Positions 35,511-48,325 of a stretch of DNA of 64,000 bases are shown in pieces. Source of the stretch: Vicugna vicugna (Eukaryota); NCBI GenBank assembly GCA_013265495.1, contig MU058241.1:248001-312000 (forward strand), written 5' to 3'. Under the pieces are notes generated by a model that was not told where the DNA came from, made no database searches, and worked only from the letters and a program-made list of their open reading frames with translations. The number at the start of each line of letters is the position of its first letter. Position 1 is the first letter of the stretch. The translations under genes were made by a program, and so were the position numbers.

Positions 35511-37030
35511 TATATAGAGACCAAAAGTAGACTATGGGCTGAAAGGCTGGGGGAGGTGAGGGATAATGGCTAAAAAGGATGGGATTTCTTTGATGAAACT
35601 GACATCCCATCACTGTTGCCATAATCCGTTCCTTAAAAATAAGTCATGAGGTCTCACTACAAGGATGAAAGGATCCTCTGTGCTCATAGGAGTGTCCTGT
35701 GAGCAAGGCAGCTTGAAAGCAGATGGGGCAGGACACAGGAAGGGGCAAGATTCTTCTGTGGGTCTCTCCCACCTCATCTCACTTCTCCTTTCTGGGTGTG
35801 CTCCGTTGGCCGGAGTAATTCTGAACTTGCAGGCCCCCAGAAATGAATTCAGTGGTCCAGAACACTAGTCCAGGGAAGACCACTTTTTGATTGTTAGCTT
35901 TTTAAATATAGACACTGCACATTATTTAGGACAGCTTGAGGCTGGGGTGATTTAGTTTTCCCCCGAGACTTTCCAGAATCTGGTTGCATGAGTGTCTCTG
36001 TGAAGCGACCGTCCACTCTTTGATGTTCCCAATACACACTGACATATTGGAGGCCCAGAGTGAAGAAACTTGCTCCACTTCACTGGGCTGTGTCTTTCCC
36101 ACACATATTTGACCAGGAAACACTTTCCCCCTCTTTGCTTTCTGTCAACATTGCAGGGCTCAGGTGATACACAGGACGGTCTTAGAGGGGTTAAAAAAGG
36201 GCTGTTGTAACTCTGTAACTTTCTGGCTTTGGTTAATCCTGGGCGTTGAGACAGCTAGAACTGATGGAGTCTGTCACCAGGAGGATGTGAAGCCAGGGAT
36301 TTCTCTTGTTGCATTTTTCCAGGTGGGGTTTTGAGCCCTTGTGGAGGAGCTTACATTGCTCTGTGAAATATTATGGGGTTAAAGATCAACCATACTCAAG
36401 TCAGCATCTGATACTATACTGATGCTCAATTTTATCAACTGTTGCCCATTGGTTAGGCATATAGGGAAGATGTTGAATCTTCAGTCTGTGACTTACTTCA
36501 TGCACCGGTGTTTCCAAAGTAGCCAATCCACAAACATTTCAAACTATTATCTGTAACATTGAGCGGGCCAGGGCTGAGTGCTCTGTCTAACTGCCCAATG
36601 TCACTTTTCAGATGAACATCCATCTCACTTTGGTTGACCTGCTTTTGGGTACAGCAGTTAAGAAAATAGAACTGCTGAGCAGGTTACTTCAGATAATATT
36701 TCTTCCTTTTCCTCATAAGGAGTACCTCTGTGAACTAGTTTACAGACAAAGAGGATCATAATTTTAGCATTTTCTCCAAACATCTGTCAAAGGAATGGGT
36801 TGGACTGAAGGGAATGGTTTCATTGAACCAATGCTAACTACTGGTAATCCCTACAACATTTTCTAGATGCTTACAAAGTCTGTCTAATGTACTTTAGATT
36901 TGGGGGGGAACTTAATAATTAACTCACGTGTCTCTGGTTTTAAGTCTACTTGCTTTCCTTTTTTAGAGTTGGGCAACTCTAGACTTTTGGAAACTTGCCT
37001 ATACTCCAGGATTACACGGGATGGTTCTAT

Positions 37031-37803
37031 TTTTAATTATTGAAGTATAGCTGAAGTATATGCTGCATTAGTTTCTGGTGTACATCAAAGTGATTCAGTT
37101 ATATATATATATATATTTCTTTTTTCATCTTCTTTTCCATTATGGTTTATTACAGGATATTGAATATAGTTCCCTCTGCTATACAGTAGGATCTTCTTGT
37201 TTATCTGTTTTATATGTAGCAGTTTGTATCTGCTAATCCCAAACTCCTGATTTATCCCTCCCCACCTCCTTTCCCTTTGGTAACCATAAGTCTGTTTCCT
37301 ATGTCTGTGAGTCTGCTTATATTTTATAAATAGGTTCATTTCTGTCATATTTTAGATTCTATGTATAAGTGATACCATGTGGTATTTGTCTTTCTCTCTT
37401 ACTCTCTTCACTTAGTATGACAATCTCTAGGTCCATCCATGTTGCTGCAAATGGCATTTTATTATTTTTTATCCTTGAGTAGCATTCCACTGTATATGTA
37501 TATATATGTACACACACACACACACCACACACATACATGTATAGTAAAGTGTGTGTGTATGTACATATATATATGACATTTTCTTTATCCAATATCTGTG
37601 GATGGATATTTAAGTTGCTTCCATGTCTTGGCTATTGTAAATAGTGCTGCTCTGAATATTGGGGTGCATGTATCTTTTTGAACTATGATTTTCTCTGTAT
37701 ATATGCCCCAGAGTGGGATTGCTGGATCATATAGTAGCTCTATTTTTGGCTCTTTAAGGAACCTCCGTACTGTTTTCCGTAGTGGCTGCATCAGTTTACA
37801 TTC
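37031..37803 (-). mobile_element. 5'-truncated L1 (ORF2 C-terminus and 3' UTR)
   Basis: Antisense L1 3' UTR; ORF 37585..37872(-) reads [34 protein letters not shown], the L1 ORF2p C-terminus. Confidence 0.92.
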
Positions 37804-38003
37804 AGCAGAGTGGTTCTTTATAGTTCGTTGGTACACTCTCTCAGTAAAGACTAATGGAGCTAGAATATTCACCTGAGTCTAGAATATTGAGCTAAGTTTA
37901 CATTAGATTGTTTCTCTTACTATCCTTGGTTTTGGTGCCACTGTAACAATGTTGTATCTTCCTTTCTAGCTGTTCTAGGCGGAATCCTGAGATTGCCATA
38001 GCC

Positions 38004-38540
38004 TGTAGTATAAGCCCTGTATGCTCCCCTCTCTTTGGGTGTGGGTGGGACCTGTGAATGTGAGGAATGCCATTCCCTTGATTGGGGTACCTCACAGGGC
38101 ATAGGTGAGGGATGTCACCCCATGCTTATGTTCTGTAAGACTCCATTGGAGCAGACCAAAGGGCAATACTCCTGCCACCACTGAAGAGATAGCTTCCGGT
38201 TATGAGAGGGTTGAGTGACTAGTGCCTGCAGACAGAGTTTAGGAGCCAACAGTGACCCCCACTCCTGCCTGACAGCCAGTGAGAAAATGGGTACCTCAGT
38301 CCTACAGTTCCCAGGAACTAAATTCTGGCACCAATCACATGAGCTTGGAAGAGGGCCTCTGGCTCCACACAACCACACCATTGACTCCTTGATGAAAAAG
38401 CCTTGAGGAAGTCTGGGCACTGGACCCCATTAAGCTGTGCCTGAACTCCAAACACACTGAAACTGAGCTCATAAAGGCATGTGGTTCTAAGACACCAAGT
38501 TTGTGGCAGTTTGTCACAGAGCAATAGATAACTCACATAC
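38004..38540 (+). mobile_element. MLT1 (E/F-like) solo LTR
   Basis: GGGTGTGGGTGGGACCTGTGAAT..TGACAGCCAGTGAGAAAATGGGTACCTCAGTCCTACAG..AAGTTTGTGGCAGTTTGTCACAGAGCAATAGATAAC. Confidence 0.82.
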
Positions 38541-41500
38541 CAGCTTAGAAATGTTCTTGCGAATACCAAACACTTCCTTGCTTCCTCTCAGCGTCTCACC
38601 ACGCGAGGCATCTGTTCATACTGGTCGTGATTCTCCTCTGCCCACACTTAGCAAAGCTTCCGAGGTTGCCTTGGGTTCACTTGATAAGCCTTAGCTCCTT
38701 GGGGCTTTCCTCTCCTCGGTTCAACCCCCACACTCCTCCTCCCAGCTTTTCTTCACGTTCCTTTAAAATCGGAACTGGTTAAAGAGTTATCTCCGCAGCC
38801 GCTGCGGGGGTGTCCCCTCTCTGTTCATTAAGACTGTTTGCTGTACGACTGTTGGAAGGCTCCCTAAAGGCTGCCTGCATGCCTGTCTTTCCTCCCTACA
38901 TTAGCTTCTGCAGTGTTCCCTGGAGTTTTTCTATTTGCTGCGGTTTTTTAGTAGCTGCTAAAGGTTAGCAGAGGAGCAGAGGATGCTCGGAAGAGAAGCG
39001 CCCACCTGGGTAGAGTGCTCTGAGCGTGTGCCGCCTCCCAGCACACCCACGCACTGCACAGAGTCAGGCGGTGGGCAGAGAGCTTCTCCAGGTGCATTAC
39101 AGGGGCATCTTCCGAGGGTACTCACAAGGGCTGTGGGACCCTTCACCTGTGGGTTAAGTGGGGCTGAGACACTTGGAGTAGCCTGCCACTGAGCACCAGT
39201 GTTCTGCTCTTGCAAAATCAAAGATCTGTGTGAAAATGCCAACAGGGAGCCTGAAATGTAATGAGAATGTAGCCTTGGTAAATGAGGACATTCCTTGAAG
39301 TTTGGATACTGAAGGTGAACGGGCCTTCTGCCGGGGAAATGTCACACATCAAGATGTGTGTCACATGTGCTTGTGTGACGCTCACTTTCTCACTATGATG
39401 GGTGTGAGATCTGCGTGCTGCCCGTGCAATTGTCTCCATGCTAGAGGAGAACAGAAGTCGGGTTCTTGCTCCTAAGAATGTCGTTTCCATACCCAGGAAG
39501 GAGTACTTGATTTAAGAGGGAAGAACAGAAAATAAAATAGACCTGTCTGGACTCGTGCATGGATGATGGTGAGTAGACGGCCATTGCTCAGAAGCGAAGT
39601 TTAGCGAGACAGAACTCCCTATCAGGGGGACATAAAAATACATCTGAGCTCCCCCCACAGGGACGCATTGGTATCTGCTAAAAAGTCAACCTTGTCTGAT
39701 AAGGTGTGTGCTCAGACACTTGCAGACTTGTTACCAGCTGCTGAAGGAAAAGATGGCTTGGTTTAAGATCCTTGCTGAATGTCTCGGGCTGCCCACGTAC
39801 AGTTAGTAACTGGTGATCTTAATCCAGGTTTGACGTAGCATAGAGCAGTATCAGAAGCTGCCTTCTGCAAAACATAAATCCCTCCAGATAAGGCTGAGAC
39901 ATGGTGCCTGTTAACTCAAGTACATGGCACGTCAAGGGAAAAGATGAACGAGTTTTCTTTTGTAGCAGTTTCTGAACATTGTTTCTTTTATAGAGCATAT
40001 TTCAATTTGTAGGCATTTAATTTACTGGTTTACTTTTCTGGGAGGTAGGCATGTTTCTCATTATAAAGTCACCTCCACAAGGGCATGTCGTAGGTCTCAC
40101 TTGTCCAGCTCATAACCCCAGCACCTGACCCAGTTCTTGGCCCAATAGCTTGTCTTTAAACATGTGTTTAATAAATAGAGAGAGGAGATGTTACTGTTTA
40201 GGAAGGATTTTTAAAATTTATTTTCAGTCCTTCCTTCATCCCCCTTCTTTCCTTCTTTTCTTCCTTTATTCTCTCTCTTATCAGTGTGACAACTGACAAC
40301 TGACTCTGTAGGATTCAGTGTTCTGTGGAATGCTGCTGGGAAGGGCTGGAACAGACTCCGCCAGAGCTTCTTCACCCGCCGTAGTGCCCCACTTCTGCTG
40401 ATTCCTGTGGACCCGGGTGACGTTATCTGGAGGGATCTGTAATGCGTTGCTTGTAACTTCAGATTTCTGCTTAGAACACTGAAGGGCTTGGAGCCAAACT
40501 TCTGTGTTTCCTCTTTGTATGTTGTGGTGGTTAGAAGAAAGTGGAGACTTGGTGAGCAGAATTGTAAGCTGGTCCCGAGATGCTCACCCCTAGGTATATG
40601 GTTACTTTGTGTAATGCCCTGCCTTGACCCTGGGCAGGGCGTTTGAATGTGATGGGCCATCACTACCATGATTAGGTTTCCCATCAGTTGACTATGAATC
40701 AAAAAATCAAAAGTCGGGTTGTGATATGATAGTTCTGCCCATGAGAGTGGCTGTTTGCCAGCTGGGGTCCTGGAAAGCCTGGACTGTGCTGTTAGAAAGA
40801 ACAAGTTCACGGAGCGTCCTTCCCCCTTCCTCATGCACGGATGCCTGGATGGGCATCAGCCATTGTGACCAGAAGGCCACAGCCTTCAGACACAGAGCTG
40901 AATGCTGAGGGCAGAGGGCCAGATACCGAGAGAGCACAGGTCCCTGAAGGCCGCAGTGAGTGGATGCTCCAGCTCTTGGCTGCCCACCTCCTGACGTCTG
41001 GTTTTGTGAGAGAAATAAACCCTTCCTGTTTAAGCTGCTTTCTCATCACAGCATGTTCCCATCCAAACACAGACCCTGAGGCTGTGAGAAACCTGTACTT
41101 TCTCCTACTGAGGGAAAAGGGTTGGTGGTTGTTAATTCTCTAGAAACAATGAAGAACAGCAACAAAAAAGTCCACTGAGATTCAGCATTTATCAAGGCAA
41201 GACAATCAGAATATGTACTGCCCTCTAAGAAATGTAATTTTAAGGGGATCTTACCTTATTTCTTAAAAAAAATGAGCATTGAAATTAGTTTTCTTTTTCT
41301 CACTCAGCTCTGGTATCTGATTTCTGATTAAACCCCTAGTTATTTGTTGTGCTAGGTTAAAACATGTTACTTCTATTTATATTTTTATTCTATGTAAATG
41401 CTATCCAATTAGTTACACAGATTCTTGTCAGGATAATCACAAAGGGGTAAATAAAGCTGTCTGTGCTCCTAAATTTTGAGAATTACGATCAGTTTGGGTT

Positions 41501-41869
41501 ACTATTATTTTCAATTATGTCAGTGAAAAATAACTAAAATGTTATATGCTGGCATGGTTTAGTGGTCTGCTTCAAGGCTACCATACCTTGTAGAAAGAAA
41601 TCAGTGAGATTAAAAGAGATATCATGATGAATGTTTTAGATCCTTTAGTAGCTGAAAGACAATTTGGAGAGCGCTCGTAGGAAAGAGATAGAAATGAGGA
41701 AATACATTCGAGGGCTGACGTGATGGAAGAGCAAAAAGATACAGCCAGTGTGTTTTGGTGGAGCTATAACTCAGAATGACACCATAATCTGTAATTATGT
41801 GAAAGGCAACACCTAAGAGAGACAGAAAAAAAAGCAAATAGCAGTTTATTTGGTTTTGGTGCTTCTGGG

Positions 41870-42430
41870 CATTCATTTCTTTAATAAATATTTACTGAGT
41901 GCCTAGTGTGGGAAGGCATTGCTTTAAGCACCAAAGGTACAGAGAAGACAGACTCAGTACTTGCCTCGAAGGTGTCACTCACAACCTGGTGAATGAGTCA
42001 GAGAAACGAATAGGCAATAAAAACAGAGCCAGGAGGAATGCACAAGGTGCTGGAGGCTGCAGGCGCACCAGGAGTCAAATCCAGCTTTGGGGTGTCAGAC
42101 AAGACACAGGGAGAAGTGGTGCTGAGTGGGTCCTCGTGGAGTGGGAGGAATTAGCCTGGCAATGGCGTAAGGTTGTCAGGGCGTCTCAAATAACTCATGC
42201 AAATGCACTCAGGGACCTGGTGCCTTAGGGAAACTGCAAATAGCCCAGAAAGGCTGAAGAAGGGTGCTTGTGGGTAGATAGCAGGATGTACCCTGGGAAA
42301 AGCAAAGGGGAAATTAGTGAAGGAACTGGCAAATGGTGGTAAGTGATTAAATATTTGGAGCTGGGGAACTGCATGATCGGACTGATGTTTTGGACAGATC
42401 CCTCATCTAAATGTGGATTGTAGGGTACCT
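41870..42430 (+). mobile_element. L2 3'-region fragment
   Basis: ATTCATTTCTTTAATAAATATTTACTGAGTGCCTAGTGTG..AGGCATTGCTTTAAGCAC.., followed by purine-rich L2-like sequence. Strand label is approximate. Confidence 0.6.
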
Positions 42431-43199
42431 AGACTAAAATGTGAGATCCTAGGTGGAAGGGAGGATTTTCTTGGTACCAGGCACAGTGTGCCCGGAGGTG
42501 AATGTGGTTTGCTGAGTAACTGAATGAGGAATGAGGGATGAACAGGAGCTTGACTGCAGACCCAGTGTGGATGGTGATGTCGTTTTAACACCTGTGTTTT
42601 GAGTTTGTTTCTGGGTGTAATAAATTTGACGTGAACACACTGATGGTATGGTTGTGATTTCTGGTCCTGTGGCTCCATAAGAGACTTGGATGGGGTATGT
42701 ACCTGAGAGCTACCAGCACATAGAATGGATGAGAACCCTTATGGAAAGTACCCAGAAGGACAAGAAAAGAGGGTAGAGACGGGATGCTCGAAATTACCGG
42801 CACTGAAGGGATTGGGGAAGGATGAAGAGTGCATGCAGGAGACAAAAGAGGAGTGCCAGGGAGGAAGGAGAAGGTCTGTGGAGCCGGGATTTCATGACAG
42901 GAGCGAGAACAGAACTTGAAAGAGGAGGAAGGACACACATAACCAAAACTGACCTTGCCAGCAAGGCTGGCATTGGAATGCTGGGGGTGGACGTCGGTGT
43001 GAGGATTGTTAGCTCTGGTGTAAAGTGAGTTTGTTTTTTGTTGCAAATTCAAAGTGTCACCTTACCATGTTATCACCCACTTTCATTGCTGAAAACGTTC
43101 TGGGGCTAAGTGAGCAGGTATACATATGGCGCAAACCCGTATGTATCTTAGGAGTGGTGAGATGGTTCGCAAGACTTCTTTTTTTGTGTTTGTGTTCTT

Positions 43200-43560
43200 T
43201 AACAACTTTTTTTTCAGGTATAATTTGCACACCATTTACATTTACCCAAATTTGGTGTGTTATTCAATGATGTTTCAGTCAATTTGCTGAGTTGTGCAGC
43301 CATTGCTACAGTTCTGTTGAAAATATGCCCATCACCCGAATACTACTGTTCTTGCCAGTGGACAGTTAACCTGTGTCCCCCTGCCTCAGCCCTAGGAAAC
43401 CACTAGTCAACTTCCTACCCCTTGGACTCGCCTATTTTGGACATTCCTGTAAGTGGGATCACACAACATGTGGACTTCTGGGGCTCGCTCCTTTCACTGA
43501 TCATAATGTTGTACAGCTTCAGCCATGTTATAGCCTGTGTGGATACTCTGTTCCTGTTTA
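43200..43560 (-). mobile_element. Old L1 (L1MB/ME-type) 3' end
   Basis: CAGCCCTAGGAAACCACTAGTCAACTTCCTA..CCTATTTTGGACATTCCTGTAAGTGGGATCACACAACATGTGG. Confidence 0.75.
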
Positions 43561-44966
43561 CCACTTTCCACCAGCTGTTAACTCTCTGGTTTTGTTCCTT
43601 GGAATCCAGAGCTGGATGGAGGTGGATTTTGCTGCTCACATGTCTTCCCCTGTTCTGTCGGACTGTCGCCTCCACTCTGCAGGGACCTCCGCCATTCTCT
43701 TTCCATCTGCTAGTCACTGAGCTCTTCTTTGGTTTTGGAATCAAGTGGTTGTGTTCCCTTTCATGAGTTAGGGAGAAAAGCTAAAATACATGCCTACTTA
43801 TTTCTTTATTATCGTGTTACTGTTTACTGAGTGCAAGGTGTCTGCATCTGGGGAAGTGGAGCACCGTCCTGAATGCTGGCCAGACTGTCGTTACACCACA
43901 GACAAAGGAAGCACGGCCCAGGAAATTTACATACGTAGCACAAGTCAGATAACAGGTGTGAGGAGTCCAGTCTGAACCCAGGTTTGCCTGCTTCCAAAGC
44001 TTTTGCTCTTTTTACATTCTCATGCTCTTCTACTAAAAGTTATCTAAAGGAGACTGCTCTTCAGAAGGGGAGATGACAGGCATGCAGGTACTCACAGCAC
44101 AAGACGCCCTGTATTAAGTTTGCATGCTGCTATGGAATCCCAGAGAATGGAGAACTCCCCACTAGTAGGGGAACCAGGGGAGGATTCATGCAATGCTGGT
44201 TATGTCACCTCGACCTTGGAGGATGGATTGGAATATTCTCCTTCAGAGGGAGAACAAACTGGAGTCTAAGAAGATACCCGGCTGTGTAGATGCTGGTACC
44301 ATTCACCAAGAAAGGCTCCATGCAGAAGATAGGGCAATTTTAAGTTAAACTGTGAACACATGGAATTTGAGAAGAGCATTTCTGCGGAAGACAGACAGAA
44401 AAGCTGGAAAGGCCAAGCCCTGCTCTTGCTCTCTCTGTGTGTAAGACACACACACACACACATACACATTTTAAAGGAAGTGATGATTTGTGAGTGTGCT
44501 CTGTAGACCAGTCCCATACAGCCTCCTTCAACTGCACCCTGTGGGTCTCAGGAGCCTCACCTTTCCTTCTCTTGAATGGGGTGAGCCCCTTCTTTGCTAT
44601 GGAATTCCACTAGTCTCCTTTAGGGGTCTTACACTCAGTAGGGCTCTTGAGACGCACAAGAGACAAGCATGCATGCACTGCCCACTAGGTGCCCATCGGA
44701 GTGCACTTGTCCGCATTCTTTATGGTGCTGACCATGCAGAGGAAACTTGATGGGTTGCAACCCAGGATGTGAGTTCTGCTGTGATACAGATGGTTTTTAC
44801 TGTCAGAATGATTTACTAGCTTTAAAGTCAGAAGACTGGGATTTGAGTCCTAGCTCATCATCCATCATCCATAAATCGTAAATAGGATTGTACCTTTAGA
44901 AGCACTGAGCATGCTCACTAAAAGCCTTCTTTTGAAACTATTTTTATGCTTTTCGGCATTTTGTGA

Positions 44967-45024
44967 TAATTTAGGAGTCAAGACCAAATATTTAATTTAG
45001 GAATCAAGACCAAATATTTAATTT
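44967..45024. repeat. 26-bp tandem duplication
   Basis: TAATTTAGGA(G/A)TCAAGACCAAATATT x2 plus partial TAATTT. Confidence 0.9.
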
Positions 45025-46579
45025 CTGTCTCTTAAAATGATGTGTTCGGTTTTATCTTTCTTTAAACTCAGTTGAGTGCCCTGATTTTCTGAAGGTTAGC
45101 ATGCTAAGGAATTTACATCCCAAAGCTTAACATGCTAAGAAATAAACTCCACTCTCAGGGACACTTATCCTTGGGAGTGTTTACCAAAAATTGATAGTCA
45201 CTGTATTCCCGCTTATTTCCTTACACTGAGGAACCTAGATGGTTACCTTATGGCAAATAATGGGAATACTAGGTGGCACATGATTTAGAATATGTAACAG
45301 TGAGTCAGCAGCTCTACCTGACTGCATGCGGGTTGCAGCAGGCTCCCACGCCAGGAACATAGCCGGTGGGTAAGAGATGGCAGTGTAGGGATGTGGGAGC
45401 CTCAGAGAACAGGCAAAGCCAGCCTCTTCAGTGTGGTTCCCGCTTTTGGACTATTTTATTCACTAATAATTTTTATATTAAACTCTTATGGTGTAGAATT
45501 GAGAAGGAGTAGGCAACCTGGTGGCAGAAGTTGGTGTGGCCAACTGAAAACAGTAGTGTCCAGGCTTTGATAATGTGCCCTGTTGGTAAATGAGATAAAG
45601 ATGTATCAGTATTGTGAAGGGCGTTCATATATTTCTGATCTTCCAATATAATTTGGCATTCAATGAGGCTGATTCAAATGAAAGTTTTAGTGTGTATCAA
45701 GAACTCTTTTTGAGAGTAGCAAATGGATTTTTTCTTATTTATGAATCTTTAATCCTTGCATTGTTATTACAGCGCCATGATTTTCCCCCAAAATTTACGT
45801 CCTCATTCAACATTTATTGATCCAGAATTAGACAGTGCAGATTTAGAGCTTGAAAAATTTGTTAACAGAAAGCTTGGAGTTAGGATTGCCCTTTTCAAGC
45901 TTACTGGTAATAGGACAGAAAGGGTCAGTGTGGATGGCCAGGTTAGGAGATGGGGGTGAGGCAGAATGTAGGTGGGAGCAGTAGTTCTCTGAGTTTCTTC
46001 TACTTACCAGTGTCCAGGCATGACTTCATAGCTCAGGGGATGCATGGCGGATGGGTCAGTGGTGACGGTATCCATAGCTCTTCCAGATCGTGGCTGCTTC
46101 TTCTGTCAGTTATCAAAAGCTGATGGTAAGAACACCTATGAATGTGGACATCTTTCTTAGACCTGGAGGAGCTCCACTCATACACCAGTAGCTCCATGAC
46201 TTGTCACAGACACGGCACATGCTCACAGCAGCCGGGGACAGGCTGGCTAGAAGACGCTGGTGATGTTGCCTGGTGGCTCTGATGGGCTTGTATCGTAGTT
46301 GGTGTCAGTGGGGTCAGTGAGAGAAATGGGACTTCATGCCTGGGGATTTCTGAGGCAAGGAGGACAGTCAGGCAGAAATGGGGGTTAGGAGAAAAGCAAA
46401 GGAAAATTGCACCTAGGAACCATTAGGGATAATAATCACAAGCAGTTTTGGCAAAGGAGTGATTTTTTTTGTAGAGCGGCATGTTTGCTTCATTCTCTAC
46501 TGTGGAATTTAGATCACATCATTTTAGCACTGAGAGTATACAAAGGCAGAATGGGAGACCAGGGTGTGAACGTATTTGA

Positions 46580-47052
46580 ATCATGCAATATTTGTTCTTC
46601 TGTGACTGGCTTACTTCACTTAGCATAATGTCCTGAAGATTCATCCATGTTGTCACCTATGGCAGAACTTACTGCTTTTTAAGGTGGAATAATATTCACC
46701 TACAGTAGTTGTACGTATATACCACCTTTTCTTGATCCATTCTTCTGTTGATGGGCATTTAGGTTATTTTTACATCTTGGCTATTGTGCTAGTAATGCAG
46801 TGCACGTGGGAATGCTAATGTCTCTTTGAGATCCGATTTCAGTTCATTTGGATAAAAACCCAGTCGTGGGATTGCGGGATTTAATCAATAGGCATAAAGT
46901 TTCAGTTAAGCAAGATGAATAAATTGTAGAGATTTGCTCTACAACAAGCTACCTAGTACAGTTGACCATACTGTGTTGAACACTTACAGTTTTTCGAGAG
47001 GGTAGCTTTCATGTGAAGTGTTCTTACTATCATAAAATGAGATAAAATAAAA
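46580..47052 (+). mobile_element. Old L1 (L1MA10/L1MB-type) with inverted 5' segment
   Basis: 46580-~46880 is antisense L1 (CTGGCTTACTTCACTTAGCATAATGTCC..GGGATTGCGGGAT); ~46881-47052 is the sense 3' terminus (GGCATAAAGTTTCAGTTAAGCAAGATGAATAA..AGTGTTCTTACTATCATAAAAT, A-rich tail). Confidence 0.75.
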
Positions 47053-47094
47053 GTATATTTGAGCCTTAGTGCATTCTATGCATTTGAATACTTG

Positions 47095-47250
47095 GTTTAA
47101 TCTAGACTCCTAGGACGTAGGTCTTACTATTGCCATTTAATAGAGAAACAGAGTTCGGAGAGGATAGTGATTTGCTCAAGGTCACACAGCTGAATCAGTG
47201 GCACAGATGAGAGTCAAACCTGGGACATTTTGACTCCGAAGTCCGTGTTT
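47095..47250 (-). mobile_element. MIR SINE fragment
   Basis: GAGAAACAGAGTTCGGAGAGG..AGTGATTTGCTCAAGGTCACACAGCTG..AGTGGCACAG..TCAAACCTGGG..TGACTCC. Confidence 0.8.
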
Positions 47251-48139
47251 GTGGCCAGCTGGAAATAAACAGAGAAGGACCCTGGAAATGCATGGTCAGG
47301 CTGAATGAGCTAAGAAGCTCTGGAAGAGGCAGTGGGTTACAGGGTTGGTGTAGGGTTGCCAGCTGAATTTGCAGGAAATTCTCATTTTTATCCTCATGCC
47401 TTTCCAGTATATGCTGTGATACTTTTCTGAAAGCCATTTTCTTGTCCTCCTTTGAATTTGCTTGACATTTAGAATTTTCTCCTGTCAGTGCTGGCTGATT
47501 TTAGAACGTAGCACCAGGCTTGCGCCAAGCAGACAATATTTGTGGTAAACAACTTCCTGGTTTTCTTACCACGCCTATTTTATACTTTCATTGCTTCTCT
47601 GGCTTGCTCACCTTTATCTTTGCCAGCCAACAGGGAGGAGACCATGTGGCCTGCAAGACCTCACCAGAGAAAGTTGTTTTCTGATAATGTCCCATGCAAT
47701 TCATGTTTCACTTCCAGCTTGGAGACATTATTATCCCTGAAACTATGTACAACAAAACAGTGAAGATGTTGGTAGTCCTAAATCTAGATATTCAGCTTTA
47801 AAAAAAGAGATGAAATCACAAAGACGTTAGAACACGAGACTCAAAAGCATTGACATAAAGACGCATCTTGTTGTCCAGGCCGTCTGTTTTTCAGACAGAC
47901 GTCAGACTTTGGTGTCACTTAACAACCTAATTACCTGGGTGCAGCTTACTCATACCTGCCTGTGCCAACAGGACTAGTGCTAGACGTCGTACAGAACCCA
48001 GGAAAAGAAGCCCGTCTGGTGGTGGTGACCACCAGTGTTCTCCAGGTGCAGTTCCTTTGAACGAAGGCGGCTGGTGTCGTAGCCTCTCTGAGTGAATTCT
48101 CAGAGGGACAGATCCAGTTCTGACGGACCAGCCCTACCT

Positions 48140-48325
48140 TGAGCTACTCGGGCACGCCCCTAGGATGGCCAGCATCACCACCACCTGGGAGGGTACTGGA
48201 GCTGCAGATTCTTCGGCTTGATTCCAAAGCCACTGAATCAGGAGCTCTGAGATAGAGCCCAGGGTGTGGTTTGAACAAGCTCACCACGTAATGCGGATGC
48301 TCGCCGAGGTCCGAGGACCAGCAGC
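48140..48325 (+). mobile_element. MER5A-like hAT element
   Basis: CCAGCATCACCACCACCTGGGAG..TGCAGATTCTTCGGC..CACTGAATCAGGAGCTCTG..GTGTGGTTTGAACAAGCTC. Confidence 0.6.

Noticed and set aside
36301..36460. Strong + strand splice acceptor (TTCTCTTGTTGCATTTTTCCAG)
   Set aside because: The downstream frames I checked hit stops or encode nothing recognisable, and the nearest donor is weak.
40211..40834. 207-aa minus-strand ORF
   Set aside because: No recognisable domain, no supporting splice structure, and composition typical of a chance ORF.
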